The notes under the pieces are model-generated. The model worked only from the letters and a program-made list of their open reading frames with translations, did no database searches and had not been told where the DNA came from. From the NCBI GenBank assembly GCA_036391685.1, contig DASVZK010000033.1:22701-86700 (forward strand): 64,000 bases of DNA, read 5' to 3'. Made by a program: the position numbers and the translations under genes. This document shows, in pieces, positions 36,545-47,546 of the stretch (position 1 is the first letter of the stretch; every line of letters starts with the position of its first letter). The DNA is from Ktedonobacterales bacterium. Lineage in GTDB: Bacteria; Chloroflexota; Ktedonobacteria; Ktedonobacterales; JADMIN01.

Positions 36545-39500
36545 ATGACGCGCGACGATATCCACAGTGTGCTGGTCATCGGCTCCGGGCCGATCATCAT
36601 CGGGCAGGCGGCGGAGTTCGACTACGCCGGCGCCCAGGCCTGCCGCGCGCTGCGTGAAGAGGGCAAGCGCGTCATCCTGGTCAACTCCAACCCGGCGACG
36701 ATCATGACTGATGAGGGCGTGGCCGATGTTACCTACATCGAGCCGCTGACCGTCGCTTCGGTGCGGCGCATCATCAAGGCGGAGCGCCCCGATGGCCTGC
36801 TGGCGACGCTCGGCGGCCAGACCGGGCTCAACCTGGCCGTCGCGCTCGCGGAAGACGGCGCGCTGGACCAGTACAAGGTCAAGTTGCTCGGCACCCCGCT
36901 CCAGACCATCAAACAGGCGGAGGACCGTGAACTCTTCAAGCAACTGCTGCTGAGCCTGGGGCTGGGGGTGCCGCCGAGCAAGACCGTGACGACCGTCGCG
37001 GACGCGCTGGCGTTCAGTGACGCCGAGATCGGCCTGCCCGCCGTCATCCGCCCGGCCTTCACGCTGGGCGGCTCCGGCGGCGGCATCGCGCGCACCCGCG
37101 CCGAACTGGCGACCATCGCGCAGCGCGGCATCGACGCCAGCCCCATCCACCAGATCCTCGTTGAGCAGTACCTCGGCGGCTGGAAAGAGATCGAGTACGA
37201 GGTCATCCGCGACTCAGCCGGAGCCTGCGTCACCGTCTGCAACATGGAGAACTTCGACCCGCTGGGCGTCCATACCGGCGATAGCATCGTCGTCGCCCCC
37301 AGCCAGACGCTCTCCGACCGCGAGTACCAGATGCTGCGTACCGCCTCGGTGCGGATCATCTCGGCGCTGGGCGTCGAGGGTGGCTGCAATATCCAGTTCG
37401 CGCTGGACCCGCGCTCCTTCCGCTACTTCGTCATCGAGGTCAACCCGCGCGTCAGCCGCTCCTCGGCGCTCGCCTCCAAAGCCACTGGCTACCCCATCGC
37501 GCGCGTCGCCACCAAGATCGCCATCGGCAAGCGGCTGGATGAGATCACCAACGAGATCACCGGCAAGACCGTCGCCGCCTTCGAGCCTGCCCTGGATTAC
37601 GTCGTCGTCAAGATACCGCGCTGGCCGTTCGACAAGTTCCCGCTGGCCGACCGCGGCCTGGGCACGCAGATGAAGGCCACCGGCGAGGTCATGGCCATAG
37701 ACCGCACCTTCGAGGCGGCGCTGCAGAAAGCCATGCGCGCGCTGGAGGTCCGCGCCGACACGCTTAACGCCAACCCCGGCGACGTGGACGACCTGGGCGA
37801 GTTCCCGCCCAACGATGTGCGCCTCTGGCGACTGCTCGACTCGCTGCGCGTGGATACCGCCGATGGCGCGATCCAGACGCTCCACGACCAGACCGGCATC
37901 GATGTCTGGTTCCTCGCCAAACTGCGCCGCATCATCAGGATGGAGCAGCGGCTCGCCCGGCAGGAACTGACGCCGGAGTTGCTGCGCGAGGCCAAGCGCA
38001 TGGGCTTTTCCGACGCGCAGATCGCGGTGGCGCAGGCGCAGCGGCCCGGCGCGACCGAGACAACGGCGAAGGCGGTCTACGAGCTCCGCCGCGCGCTGGG
38101 CATCCTGCCGACGTTCAAGATGGTGGACACCTGCGCCGCCGAGTTCGCCGCGCGCACCCCCTACTTCTACGCCACCTATGAGCAGGAGAACGAGGCTCCG
38201 GCGCTTGAGGGCGCGAAGGCGGTCGTTCTCGGCTCCGGCCCCATCCGCATCGGCCAGGGCATCGAATTCGACTACTGCTCCGTGCGCGCCTCGCAGGCGC
38301 TGCGCGACGCCGGGATGCGCAGCGTGATGATCAACTCCAACCCCGAAACCGTCTCCACCGACTTCGACATGTCCGACCGGCTCTACTTCGAGCCACTGGA
38401 CGCCGAATCCGTCATCGCCATCCTCGACAACGAGGCGGGCGCGGGCGCGAAGCCGTCGGTGGTGACGCAGTTCGGCGGGCAGACGGCTATCGGCCTCGCC
38501 GCCCCGCTGTACGCCGCCGGCGCGCCCATCCTGGGCACGTCAGTGGATAGCATAGACCTGGCCGAGGACCGCCGCCGCTTCGATGACCTGATGGAGCGGC
38601 TGGGCGTGCCACGACCGCAGGGCGCGGCGGTGACGAGCGTCGCGGAGGCCGAGCGTGTGGCGGCCGAGATCGGCTACCCGGTGCTCGTGCGCCCATCTTA
38701 CGTCCTCGGCGGGCGGGCGATGGAGATCATCAGGGCGCCCGAGGCGCTCACGCGCTACGTGACCCGCGTCATCTCGCAGTTCGGTGAGCACCCCATCCTG
38801 ATCGACCGCTACCTGACCGGGCGCGAGATCGAGGTGGACGCCATCAGCGACGGCGAGTCCGTCCTGATCCCCGGTGTGATGGAACACATCGAGCGCGCGG
38901 GCGTGCATTCCGGCGATAGCTTCGCCGTCTATCCAACGCGCAGCCTCTCTGAGGACGAAATCCGCGCCGTCGCCCGCCACACAACCAACATCGCGCGGGC
39001 GCTGAAGGTCAAGGGACTGATCAACGCGCAGTTCGTCGTCACCGAGCCCAATGGCGAGCCAGGGTCCAACGTCTGGATCCTGGAGGTCAACCCGCGCGCC
39101 TCACGCACCGTCCCATTCCTCTCCAAAGTCACGGGTGTGCCGATGGCGCCGCTGGCGACGCGCGCGGCGATGGGCGAGTCACTGGCGGCGCTGGACGGCG
39201 GGAAGTGGGTCGGGCATCCCGACAACCTGTGGCCGGTCCAGCCGCTCTTCGCCGTCAAGGGCCCGGTCTTCTCGATGTCCAAACTGGTGGGGGCGGAACT
39301 GGCGCTGGGGCCGGAGATGAAGTCCACCGGCGAGGTAATGGGCATCGACAAGACCTATCCCGCCGCGCTGCGCAAGGCGCTGATCGCCGCGGGCGTCACC
39401 GCGCCCGACCGCGACGGCGCGGCCTTCGTCAGCGTCGCCGACCGCGACAAGGCGGAGGCGCTGCCGATCCTCCAGGCGCTGGGCGCGGCGGGGTACACCT

Positions 39501-39826
39501 TCTACGCCACCGGTGGCACCGCGAAGATGCTCACCGACGCCGGGCTCACCGCGGCGGAGGTCGCGCGCATCAGCGACGAGGACGATACCATCCTCACCCT
39601 CATCCGCACGCGCACCGTCCAACTGGTGATCAACACCATCACTGGCGGCTCGGGTCGCGCGCGCGCCGGCATCGAGATCCTCGACGGCTTCAAGATCCGC
39701 CGCGCCGCCGTCGAGGCCAACATCCCCTGCCTCACCTCGCTTGACACCGCCCGCGCCCTGGTCGAAGCGATGCGCGCGGGCGACGAGGCGCTCTGCCTGC
39801 CGTTTGTGGCGTACCGGGAAGGATAG
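36545..39826 (+). CDS. carB: carbamoyl-phosphate synthase large subunit
   Basis: 1093 aa. Duplicated ATP-grasp halves ([21 protein letters not shown] and [20 protein letters not shown]) and a C-terminal MGS-like domain. Confidence 0.95.
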   Translation: MTRDDIHSVLVIGSGPIIIGQAAEFDYAGAQACRALREEGKRVILVNSNPATIMTDEGVADVTYIEPLTVASVRRIIKAERPDGLLATLGGQTGLNLAVALAEDGALDQYKVKLLGTPLQTIKQAEDRELFKQLLLSLGLGVPPSKTVTTVADALAFSDAEIGLPAVIRPAFTLGGSGGGIARTRAELATIAQRGIDASPIHQILVEQYLGGWKEIEYEVIRDSAGACVTVCNMENFDPLGVHTGDSIVVAPSQTLSDREYQMLRTASVRIISALGVEGGCNIQFALDPRSFRYFVIEVNPRVSRSSALASKATGYPIARVATKIAIGKRLDEITNEITGKTVAAFEPALDYVVVKIPRWPFDKFPLADRGLGTQMKATGEVMAIDRTFEAALQKAMRALEVRADTLNANPGDVDDLGEFPPNDVRLWRLLDSLRVDTADGAIQTLHDQTGIDVWFLAKLRRIIRMEQRLARQELTPELLREAKRMGFSDAQIAVAQAQRPGATETTAKAVYELRRALGILPTFKMVDTCAAEFAARTPYFYATYEQENEAPALEGAKAVVLGSGPIRIGQGIEFDYCSVRASQALRDAGMRSVMINSNPETVSTDFDMSDRLYFEPLDAESVIAILDNEAGAGAKPSVVTQFGGQTAIGLAAPLYAAGAPILGTSVDSIDLAEDRRRFDDLMERLGVPRPQGAAVTSVAEAERVAAEIGYPVLVRPSYVLGGRAMEIIRAPEALTRYVTRVISQFGEHPILIDRYLTGREIEVDAISDGESVLIPGVMEHIERAGVHSGDSFAVYPTRSLSEDEIRAVARHTTNIARALKVKGLINAQFVVTEPNGEPGSNVWILEVNPRASRTVPFLSKVTGVPMAPLATRAAMGESLAALDGGKWVGHPDNLWPVQPLFAVKGPVFSMSKLVGAELALGPEMKSTGEVMGIDKTYPAALRKALIAAGVTAPDRDGAAFVSVADRDKAEALPILQALGAAGYTFYATGGTAKMLTDAGLTAAEVARISDEDDTILTLIRTRTVQLVINTITGGSGRARAGIEILDGFKIRRAAVEANIPCLTSLDTARALVEAMRAGDEALCLPFVAYREG

Positions 39827-39841
39827 TCGCTGCCCTGATGT

Positions 39842-40393
39842 CTACGCCTGAGGCGTCGCATAGGCCAGCGAGCAGACAGCAATCGTCCATTCCGGCAGGG
39901 AGACGCCATAGAAGATCCAGCCTGCGGCGACCTGGCCATGCTTCCATTGCCAGAAATTGTTCGCCTGTGTGCCGCAGCCACCGGCGTTATCTACCGTTGG
40001 GTTCCAGCGAGTCCAGCCTGCCCGCTGAAAGCCTGCGTTCAGCGATGCGACCAGAGCAGCCTGAGTGGTGTTAGGCGTGCATTCTATGTAGTAGGTCGCG
40101 CCGGCCGCGCCTCCACCGATGTTATACGAAACGGTGTTAGGTGGCACAGGCATGGTCAGATTGATGGAGTCGCCATTAATGGAAGGGCAACCTCCTACGG
40201 GCGTATTCGTGGCGGCTGGTATGGTAGTCGGCGCCGCGGTTGACGTGGCTATGACGGTAACAGTCGAGGATGCGTTTACGCCGCCTGTGTCGCCAGGGCG
40301 GCACGCGCTCGCGAACAGGGCCACGAGGCAGCATAGCGTTGCGGCGGCGGTGAACCGGAGGGCGGCCCCACGCGCGTAGCGCGGATACAGCAT
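39842..40393 (-). CDS. secreted lipoprotein-like hypothetical protein
   Basis: 183 aa. Signal peptide with a lipobox-like LFASAC and a Thr/Ala-rich linker. It lies inside the cassette between carB and the first carB remnant. Confidence 0.55.
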   Translation of the reverse strand: MLYPRYARGAALRFTAAATLCCLVALFASACRPGDTGGVNASSTVTVIATSTAAPTTIPAATNTPVGGCPSINGDSINLTMPVPPNTVSYNIGGGAAGATYYIECTPNTTQAALVASLNAGFQRAGWTRWNPTVDNAGGCGTQANNFWQWKHGQVAAGWIFYGVSLPEWTIAVCSLAYATPQA

Positions 40394-40406
40394 GCGAACG
40401 TGCCTC

Positions 40407-40661
40407 CTACTGGCGCTTGATTACTACGATCTTGTTCATCTCGCCACAACTGGAGTATGGGCGCTTGTTGGTCGCGATGAAGTTGATGTAGCAATTGTAC
40501 TGCGATCCCGAAGCCCGGACGTTAATCACCACAACCGGCGACTGATGCGGCGGCATGGCGCAAGACGCCCATTGGCTCGGCGCTAAATGGACTTTCGCTC
40601 TCGGATCGTGGCTAATTACGGCTATCCACTGCGCTTGCATCGCGGCGGCGTGCCTCTTCAA
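40407..40661 (-). CDS. possible small protein (weak call)
   Basis: 84-aa ORF in a locally AT-richer stretch that ends 13 nt before the 40393 start. Its N-terminal part overlaps the carB remnant region, so a shorter product from an internal Met is equally possible. Confidence 0.3.
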   Translation of the reverse strand: MKRHAAAMQAQWIAVISHDPRAKVHLAPSQWASCAMPPHQSPVVVINVRASGSQYNCYINFIATNKRPYSSCGEMNKIVVIKRQ

Positions 40662-40685
40662 GCTGCTCGATCCGCTTGCGCGCCG

Positions 40686-40752
40686 ATCGAAGCGCTGCGC
40701 GCGGAGGATGAGGCGCTCTGCCTGCCCTTCGTGGCGTATCGCGGGGGGATAG
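40686..40752 (+). pseudogene. displaced carB 3'-end remnant (copy 2)
   Basis: Encodes [21 protein letters not shown] followed by TAG, versus car[22 protein letters not shown]. The nucleotide alignment to 39761-39826 is roughly four-fifths identical by eye. Weaker similarity continues upstream to about 40640. Confidence 0.75.
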
Positions 40753-41423
40753 AAGAGCGATATACGCCGACACTACGCGGACATCCGCGCGGGCTGGCGC
40801 CAATCACCGCAGGCGAAGGACCGTATGCTAATCTGCGGATTGAAAACGCTTGACACGTGTGCTACGTTATCACATGGCGCTCGCGTTCACCCGCAATTCC
40901 CCGCGCCACGCGACCTCTTGTCCCGTTCGGCGTTCCCCTCAGCGCGCGAACATGACATCACGCGCTCAGGCCACGCGCTGAACCGCGCCTCCCATATCGC
41001 GACTCCCTGAACTCTCGCGACCCCTCGCGACCCCTTCGCTTCATCTGATGGATTATGCCTGTCATTTCGAGTTTGCGCGTCCTTTCGCCCCGTGACGCCT
41101 GGAGGACCGTGACGGAGCCTGCGGATGACAGCGCGATCGAATGTGTGGATGTGGATAATCAACCGCCAATGGACGTGGTGGCCGTCATTGCCAACGGACT
41201 GGCCTGAAACAACCCCGTGTAGGCGGCATTTTGGCGGATCGAGTGGCGCGCGTGTTTGCGCCGCTGCTCTCGGTGGTAAGCGCGTACAAGCGCCAAATTA
41301 CGACGTTCCACAGGGGGAAATGCTCTGGCGCTGGAGTCGGGCGCGCCCGGCTTCCTGACAGACTGTGGGCCGTGGGACTGTGTCGTTACCCAATGGCCCA
41401 ACGATGGATGGAGGGTACATCGT

Positions 41424-43589
41424 TTGTTCCGTATGACTCTGTGGCCGCCTTCGGGGCGGCAGCGAACATCCTGGATCGCAACCTCGCTCGCGCTGGTATT
41501 GGCCCTGACCGTGATTCCAAGCGCGTTTGCGTCGACCACAGGGAACCTCGGTGGGAACATCATCGAAATTGACGGAACCCAGATCGCTGGCGCGGCGGCT
41601 GGGCTGGGCATGGGCGCCAACCTATACCCCGATGGGTACACGGGCGCGCCCTATAGCTCGAGCAATCCAGCGCCCACCAGCCCGCACCTGAACGCCAACG
41701 CGAATATTGACTGGGTCAAGTCTTCCACCGGCAACATCGGAACTAACTGCCTCAACGTGACCGACTTCGCTACTTGCGACCAGGCTGGAGTGACCGCTTC
41801 TACGAACGGCGCTGGCGACTGGAATGGCCTGCGCATCGTTGATGGCATTGGGAACAACGACCAAGACATCTTCACCAAGGGTGGCAAGGAGAACGATACC
41901 TCGACCTGGACTGTCGGGCCAGGCTCCGTTGGATCGGCGAAGTACGATATTACGCAGGCGTACATCGCCAACACCGCTACCAGCAACACGAGTGGCTACC
42001 TCTTCTTCGGCATGGAGCGGCGCGGCAACGACGGCACCACCGCGTTCGACTTCGAGTTCAACGCGAAGGCGCCCGCCGCGGGCAGCAGATATGTGCCTAC
42101 CCGCACAGTCGGTGATGTGTTGTTCACCTTCGAGATGCAAGGCTCCGGGTCCAGTGGCTCGGCGGTACCGCATGTCTTCACCTGGAACGGCAGCGCGTAC
42201 ATCGAGCAGACCAACCTGGCAGCCGGCGAAGTGGTCACCTCGATCAACAACGCCCCAACGCCGGGCGCGCCATGGGGCTTCGTCAACAGCAAGGGAAACT
42301 GGACCGACTCCTCGGCGACGAGCGCGAGCGGCATGCTTCCGAACTTCGAGTTCGCTGAGGCCGCCGTCAAGATCGGTGCCGGTGGCGTCGCCTTACCTGG
42401 TGTGGGCGCCTGCGGTGGCGTCGCGTACTCTGAGGTGCGCACCCGCTCCTCGGCGACCGATACCAGCGACCTGAAGGACACGACGAAGATCTTCCCGTTC
42501 AACTTCGGATCGCCGACCGCGGCCGCGACGCTGGCGGCGCTCTGCCCGCCGACTCAGGGCTCCGCCCCGCAATTCAGCTACGACGGGCGCGCCTCGACCG
42601 ATTCGTCGGGTAACACCAACTCCTCCAACCTGTCCTACAGTTGGAACATCTCAGTGGCGCCCACTTCTGTGACTCTCTCGGGAGGCGGCGTCGCGGGGAC
42701 AGCTACCGCTGGCCAGTACACCTCGACCGCCTCCAATGGCACGGTGGATGTCATCTTCCCGGCAGACACCACCGTGACGCAGGCGAGTGTCACGGTCAAG
42801 AACACGGTGTCTGAGAATGGGGCCTGTTCGAACTCCACAGGCAATCTCACGGTGACGGTCTATCGCGGGCTCGGCGCCACGGCGACGCTCGCGCCCACCT
42901 GTGGATTCGGCGTTTCCTATAGTTCGAGCGTCTCGGGAGGGTTGGCGCCATACACCTACTCCTGGGCGTTCTATAAAGTCGGCGCGGGTACGGGCGGCTC
43001 TGACCTGCAGGTGGGGACGAGCACTTCCGCATCGGGCACGTTCGACGCGACCTCGAGCGGCGCGGGCAGCTACTATGGCAAGCTCACGGTGACTGATAGC
43101 GCCGACACGACGAACTATGGCGCCGGGGTCACTGGCAAGGGCTCCTGTACGTTCAATGTGACGTCGAGTACGATCCAGGTATTTGGACCGCTGAATCCGA
43201 CCGCGAGTAAGTCCGGTCAGGACGGTACCGCGCTGACCGTGACAGGCAGCGGCGGCGCCAACGCCGCGACCTTGCTCCAGTGGCAGTACCAGGACAGCAG
43301 CGGTAACTGGCACAACATCGGAACCGCCGACACCAGCACGACTGCCTCACTGACGAACGCGACGGCGCTGACGCTGGGTGAATTGAATTTCCGCGGCTCC
43401 TCAAGCATCGCGAAGTCGCAGACCAGCTCGACGGCTACCATTGGCTCATCGTCGTATGTGGGTCAGTTGTATACCATCGTGTTGCGCCTGCATGCGGAGC
43501 GCTCCGCTTCCGCCGGCGGCACGACGAGCGATTGTACGGCCGATTCGTCGCCCGTTACCCTGACCCTCTTCATTGGTGTTGATCCGTAG
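41424..43589 (+). CDS. large secreted surface protein with Ig/PKD-like repeats
   Basis: 721 aa. Signal peptide (SLALVLALTVIPSAFAS), Thr/Ser/Gly-rich beta-type composition, and repeated ~90-aa segments in the C-terminal half. Confidence 0.7.
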   Translation: MFRMTLWPPSGRQRTSWIATSLALVLALTVIPSAFASTTGNLGGNIIEIDGTQIAGAAAGLGMGANLYPDGYTGAPYSSSNPAPTSPHLNANANIDWVKSSTGNIGTNCLNVTDFATCDQAGVTASTNGAGDWNGLRIVDGIGNNDQDIFTKGGKENDTSTWTVGPGSVGSAKYDITQAYIANTATSNTSGYLFFGMERRGNDGTTAFDFEFNAKAPAAGSRYVPTRTVGDVLFTFEMQGSGSSGSAVPHVFTWNGSAYIEQTNLAAGEVVTSINNAPTPGAPWGFVNSKGNWTDSSATSASGMLPNFEFAEAAVKIGAGGVALPGVGACGGVAYSEVRTRSSATDTSDLKDTTKIFPFNFGSPTAAATLAALCPPTQGSAPQFSYDGRASTDSSGNTNSSNLSYSWNISVAPTSVTLSGGGVAGTATAGQYTSTASNGTVDVIFPADTTVTQASVTVKNTVSENGACSNSTGNLTVTVYRGLGATATLAPTCGFGVSYSSSVSGGLAPYTYSWAFYKVGAGTGGSDLQVGTSTSASGTFDATSSGAGSYYGKLTVTDSADTTNYGAGVTGKGSCTFNVTSSTIQVFGPLNPTASKSGQDGTALTVTGSGGANAATLLQWQYQDSSGNWHNIGTADTSTTASLTNATALTLGELNFRGSSSIAKSQTSSTATIGSSSYVGQLYTIVLRLHAERSASAGGTTSDCTADSSPVTLTLFIGVDP

Positions 43590-43693
43590 GAGTTGATTCC
43601 GCAAGGGTTCGCGTCTGGACCCGTGGGCGCGCTGGACTCTCCCATCTGGCGCGCCCGATGGCGCCCGGCGCGAACGGCATTGTGGATACAAAC

Positions 43694-43729
43694 TGAGGGG
43701 AAACTGGCGCTTGCGCCAGTTTCCCCTCA
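43694..43729. terminator. perfect 17-bp hairpin between convergent genes
   Basis: tgaggggaaactggcgc tt gcgccagtttcccctca. There is no clear U-tract on either side, so terminator function is inferred from position only. Confidence 0.5.
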
Positions 43730-43736
43730 CATATCT

Positions 43737-43871
43737 CTGCGAGAGCGACACATCCTCAATGGAGTCGTCGCCGGAGACCCCACGCCCAATCGCGGCGGCG
43801 CGGCCTTCGTCAGCTTCGTCCGCCGCGACAACACTCCGCCGCTCTTCGTGGCGTATACCGCGGGGAAGGGA
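43737..43871 (+). pseudogene. decayed carB-like fragment (copy 3)
   Basis: An 18-nt exact match ggcgcggccttcgtcagc (43797-43814 versus carB 39416-39433) sits inside a longer similar stretch (LRERHILNGVVAGDPTPNRGGAAFVSFVRRDN versus [28 protein letters not shown]). It is followed by cttcgtggcgtat, identical to 40727-40739 (PLFVAYTAGKG versus LPFVAYREG). Confidence 0.55.
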
Positions 43872-43909
43872 CTCGCGAGGACGTATACGGACAGCGGTGT
43901 CCCAACGAT

Positions 43910-44827
43910 TCACACACGCTGGCCGATGGCGATGTGAACTGGCATGTTGCAGCGGTACTGGCGGGAGTCAATGTCGCGCAGCGCCTGAGTCAGCGTCTGG
44001 TCAAACTGTGTCTCCGTCGCCAGGCCCTGCGCCACGATCACGCCGCGCACCGCCTGGACGCCCGCGAAATAGTCCGTCATCATCATCTTGCCGACGCGCC
44101 CGCCCCAGGAGCCACACGGAATCTCGATGGTACGCGTCGCGATGGCGCTCAGGCCCGCATCGCGCAGCAACCCGGCGACGCGCGTCGCGTCCTCGATCTC
44201 CACATTACGCCGCAGGCTGATGGCGCGGATCCAGTCCATTAGCTGCTCCGCCTGCGGGCCGCCCGCGGTAGGCAGGGTTGGCTCGACGGACTCGATCCAC
44301 CCGCCAGGCGCGGTGACACGCGCCAGCTCATGGATGACCAGCGGCCAGCGGTCGTGCAGGATCGCGCTCACCAGCAGGCGCATATGGGTAAAGTCGAAGC
44401 TTTGATCGGGGAAGGGCAAACCCTCCAGGACATTGCCAGCGTAAAAGGCATAGTTGGGTGGCGCTGGCTCAGTCAGGGCGCTGGGCGAGACATCGGCGGG
44501 CGGCTGATTGATATCGAGGCCAACAACTCGCGCCTGTGGGAAGTTCTGCGCCATCTCGCGCGCCCAGCGGCCGGTGCCTGTGCCGACGTCCAGGATGCTG
44601 CGCGGGTAGGCGATTGGCGCGGCGTAGTTGCCTCGCAGCGCCGCGCGAAAGAGGTAGTGCTGGAAGTCCAGCCGGTTCATTTCCTCCAGGTCGCGCGGCA
44701 GATTATAGGGAACCCCCCGCGCCCTGACGCGCCCGGCGATCATGCCGCTGGGCGCGTCGACGCCACTACCAAAATCTCCGGCGCGCTCAGCGGACCGCCG
44801 CCGGAAAAGCCTGCTCAACCATCCCAT
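43910..44827 (-). CDS. class I SAM-dependent methyltransferase
   Basis: Motif I ILDVGTGTGRWA, followed by VVGLDI. 305 aa. Confidence 0.8.
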   Translation of the reverse strand: MGWLSRLFRRRSAERAGDFGSGVDAPSGMIAGRVRARGVPYNLPRDLEEMNRLDFQHYLFRAALRGNYAAPIAYPRSILDVGTGTGRWAREMAQNFPQARVVGLDINQPPADVSPSALTEPAPPNYAFYAGNVLEGLPFPDQSFDFTHMRLLVSAILHDRWPLVIHELARVTAPGGWIESVEPTLPTAGGPQAEQLMDWIRAISLRRNVEIEDATRVAGLLRDAGLSAIATRTIEIPCGSWGGRVGKMMMTDYFAGVQAVRGVIVAQGLATETQFDQTLTQALRDIDSRQYRCNMPVHIAIGQRV

Positions 44828-45302
44828 GTCGCCCTCCTGCGCTCCCAGGCGGTTTCACGCGTTTCACGTGAAAGGCGCCACGTCCAGTGTGGTGAAGGAT
44901 GTGGGCTAGCGCGCTCCTTGCCACGCTTGCGATGCGATCCTGCGCTCAAGCCCGCCAAGCCCCACAAGCCCCACGCGCGCATCCTCATGCGCACGTCGTC
45001 ACGCGTCTCAGCGCGCTTTACTCTGCCCTTGCTATCCTACCAAATGCGGTCAAGCGCGAACACTTGCTGGCGCGCCCTCTGGCAGTTGCGCGGGCGCCAG
45101 TCCCATTTCGCTGCTTTACCTGAATTTAACAGCGGCCCCTAACCGGGAGGCGAGCGAGCGCGTAGAAAGAGCGTGCCGCGTGACGGCGAGCGGCGCCGCC
45201 GCGAGGACGGTTGGTGGTCGCCGGCGCCGTCTATGTCTGCTCGCGGAGTGGACTGAGATGAGGCGGGAAGCCAAGCGCCTCACCCAGACGAGAGGGAGCC
45301 TT

Positions 45303-46241
45303 ATGGGGGAATACGAGAGCGCCATCGTCGTGGAAGACCTGCGCAAGTCCTACGGCGCCACCAGAGCGGTGGACGGTGTCAGCTTCAGTGTCCAGCAGGG
45401 CGAGGTCTTTGGCATGCTGGGGCCGAACGGCGCCGGCAAATCAACGACCATCGAGATCGTTGAGGGGCTGCGCACGGCTGATGCGGGCAGCGTAAGTGTG
45501 CTTGGGCTGAAACAGCCGCGCGCCGCGCGGGCCATCAAGTCGCGCATTGGCATCCAGTTGCAGACCACCTCGCTCTACCCGCGCCTGACCGTCACCGAGA
45601 TCCTCGACCTCTTCCACACGTTCTATCCTCACCGCAAGTCGCTGCCCACCGCCGAGTTGATCCGCATGGTGGATTTGGGCGAAAAGGCGCGCACCCGTAG
45701 CAAGCAGCTTTCTGGCGGGCAGAAACAGCGGCTGAGTGTCGCCCTGGCGTTGGTGAACGATCCAGACATCGTGTTCCTTGACGAGCCGACGACCGGCATG
45801 GATCCACAAGCCCGCCGCCAGTTGTGGGATGTCGTTCTCGACCTCAAGCGCCAGGGCAAGACCGTATTGATGACCACGCACTATATGGAAGAAGCCGAGC
45901 AGATCTGTGACCGTGTGGCGATTGTGGACCACGGCCATATCATCGAGATCGGCGCGCCGGGAGAGTTGGTGCGCCGCCACTTCAGCGATATCGCTATCTC
46001 GTTCCAGGCGTCCGGCAAAGGGGTGGAGAATCTCGATGACTATCAGGCGCTCGCGGGCGCCCTGCATGTCATGCGTGAAGATGGCCGGGTGACGGTCTAT
46101 ACCAGCGACGCGCCGCGCACGATGTCCGCGCTGCTGGAACGTGAGTCCGCGAATGGCGCGGCGCTGCGCGATCTGAACGTGCACAGCGCGACGCTGGAAG
46201 ATGTCTTTCTCAAGCTGACCGGTCGCGCGCTGCGTGAGTAG
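45303..46241 (+). CDS. ABC transporter ATP-binding protein
   Basis: Walker A GPNGAGKST, signature LSGGQKQRL, Walker B IVFLDEPT. The ATG at 45303 is preceded by GAGGGAG. Confidence 0.9.
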   Translation: MGEYESAIVVEDLRKSYGATRAVDGVSFSVQQGEVFGMLGPNGAGKSTTIEIVEGLRTADAGSVSVLGLKQPRAARAIKSRIGIQLQTTSLYPRLTVTEILDLFHTFYPHRKSLPTAELIRMVDLGEKARTRSKQLSGGQKQRLSVALALVNDPDIVFLDEPTTGMDPQARRQLWDVVLDLKRQGKTVLMTTHYMEEAEQICDRVAIVDHGHIIEIGAPGELVRRHFSDIAISFQASGKGVENLDDYQALAGALHVMREDGRVTVYTSDAPRTMSALLERESANGAALRDLNVHSATLEDVFLKLTGRALRE

Positions 46242-46311
46242 CCGCAAGCTCCAGAGCGACTGAACCGAACGTCTGAGCCTGCTCATCCCAGGGAAGAGGA
46301 GCGTAGCTACG

Positions 46312-47403
46312 ATGTCAACCGTTTTCAGCCTCTACATCGCGAACATGAAGGAGTTTATTCGCGACCGGGCGGCGCTATTTTGGACTTTCGCCTTCCCGGT
46401 CTTCTTCATTGTCCTCTTCGGCGCGATCTTCTCAGGCAATAGCTCCGTCTCATTCAACGTTGGCCTGGTGGACCAGGACGGCGGGCAGATCAGCGCGCAA
46501 CTTGCGCAGGTTTTCACGCGTGACGTGAAGCCCTTCAAGGTCAAGACGGGCAGCTACGCCAGCGAGATGGACGCGCTGAAAAAGGGCAATCTCGACCTAG
46601 TGATCGTGCTGCCCCCTGGCCTGAGTCAGACCGTGGCGGCGGGTCACACCGCGCATGTCCAGATGTATTACGATCCCTCCAAGAACGCGACCGACGCGCA
46701 GGTCGAGCAGACGATTGTCTCACAGGTCCTCGACGGGTTCAACCGTGCGGTGGCCCGCTCCGCCCCGGCGCTGGACCTGACGACGACCAGCGTTACCTCG
46801 CAAACCCTGCGCACGATCGACTTCCTGATGCCGGGCATCCTGGCGATGTCGCTCATGCAGCTTGGGCTCTTCGCCACGGCCACGCCGCTGGTCTCGCTGC
46901 GCGAGGAGGGCGTGCTGCGGCGGCTAGGCGCGACACCGTTGCCGCGCTGGCAGTTGATCGCCGGCCAGCTGCTGATGCGCCTGACGATTGGCATGGCGCA
47001 GGCGGCGTTGATCATCGGCATCAGCATTGTCGGGTTCAACGTGAAGATTCAGGGGAGCTATCTGGCGCTCGCCGGGCTGACGCTGCTGGGCGCGCTGACA
47101 TTCATTGGACTGGGCTATTTGATCGCGGCGCTAGCGAAATCAGTGGAGAGCGCGAGCGGCATCTCGTCGGCGATCAACTTTCCGATGATGTTTCTCTCGG
47201 GTGTCTTCTTTCCCCTGGCCTTCCTGCCGGCGTTCCTGGCGCCCATCGTCCGGGCGATGCCGCTGACCTACCTGGCCGACGCTTTCCGCCAGATCACTAC
47301 GGGCGGCACGCCGGCGTTTCCAATGTGGATGGATGTCGCGGTCCTGGCTGGCTGGGGCGTGGTCTGTACGGCGCTCGCCTCGCGCTTCTTCCGCTGGGAA
47401 TGA
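46312..47403 (+). CDS. ABC-2 type transporter permease
   Basis: 363 aa with an N-terminal TM, a large loop and then five TM segments, which is the typical ABC-2 layout. It is adjacent to the ATPase gene. Confidence 0.85.
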   Translation: MSTVFSLYIANMKEFIRDRAALFWTFAFPVFFIVLFGAIFSGNSSVSFNVGLVDQDGGQISAQLAQVFTRDVKPFKVKTGSYASEMDALKKGNLDLVIVLPPGLSQTVAAGHTAHVQMYYDPSKNATDAQVEQTIVSQVLDGFNRAVARSAPALDLTTTSVTSQTLRTIDFLMPGILAMSLMQLGLFATATPLVSLREEGVLRRLGATPLPRWQLIAGQLLMRLTIGMAQAALIIGISIVGFNVKIQGSYLALAGLTLLGALTFIGLGYLIAALAKSVESASGISSAINFPMMFLSGVFFPLAFLPAFLAPIVRAMPLTYLADAFRQITTGGTPAFPMWMDVAVLAGWGVVCTALASRFFRWE

Positions 47404-47546
47404 CGCCTGGCCGCCAGGCTTGCGGCGCGGCGTACAATAGGCGATAGCCGTTGGTGGATGGGCGCGAGGCGAGCGCCGCCAGCGAGAGCCGTTCAGCTGC
47501 CATCGCTCTGTGATGTCATGCTCATGGTGTCATTCGTGACTCTCTG

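Noticed and set aside
40587-40853. 88-aa plus-strand ORF
   Set aside because: Its only protein-like part is the displaced carB C-terminus (…[20 protein letters not shown]). It is interpreted as a remnant, not a gene.
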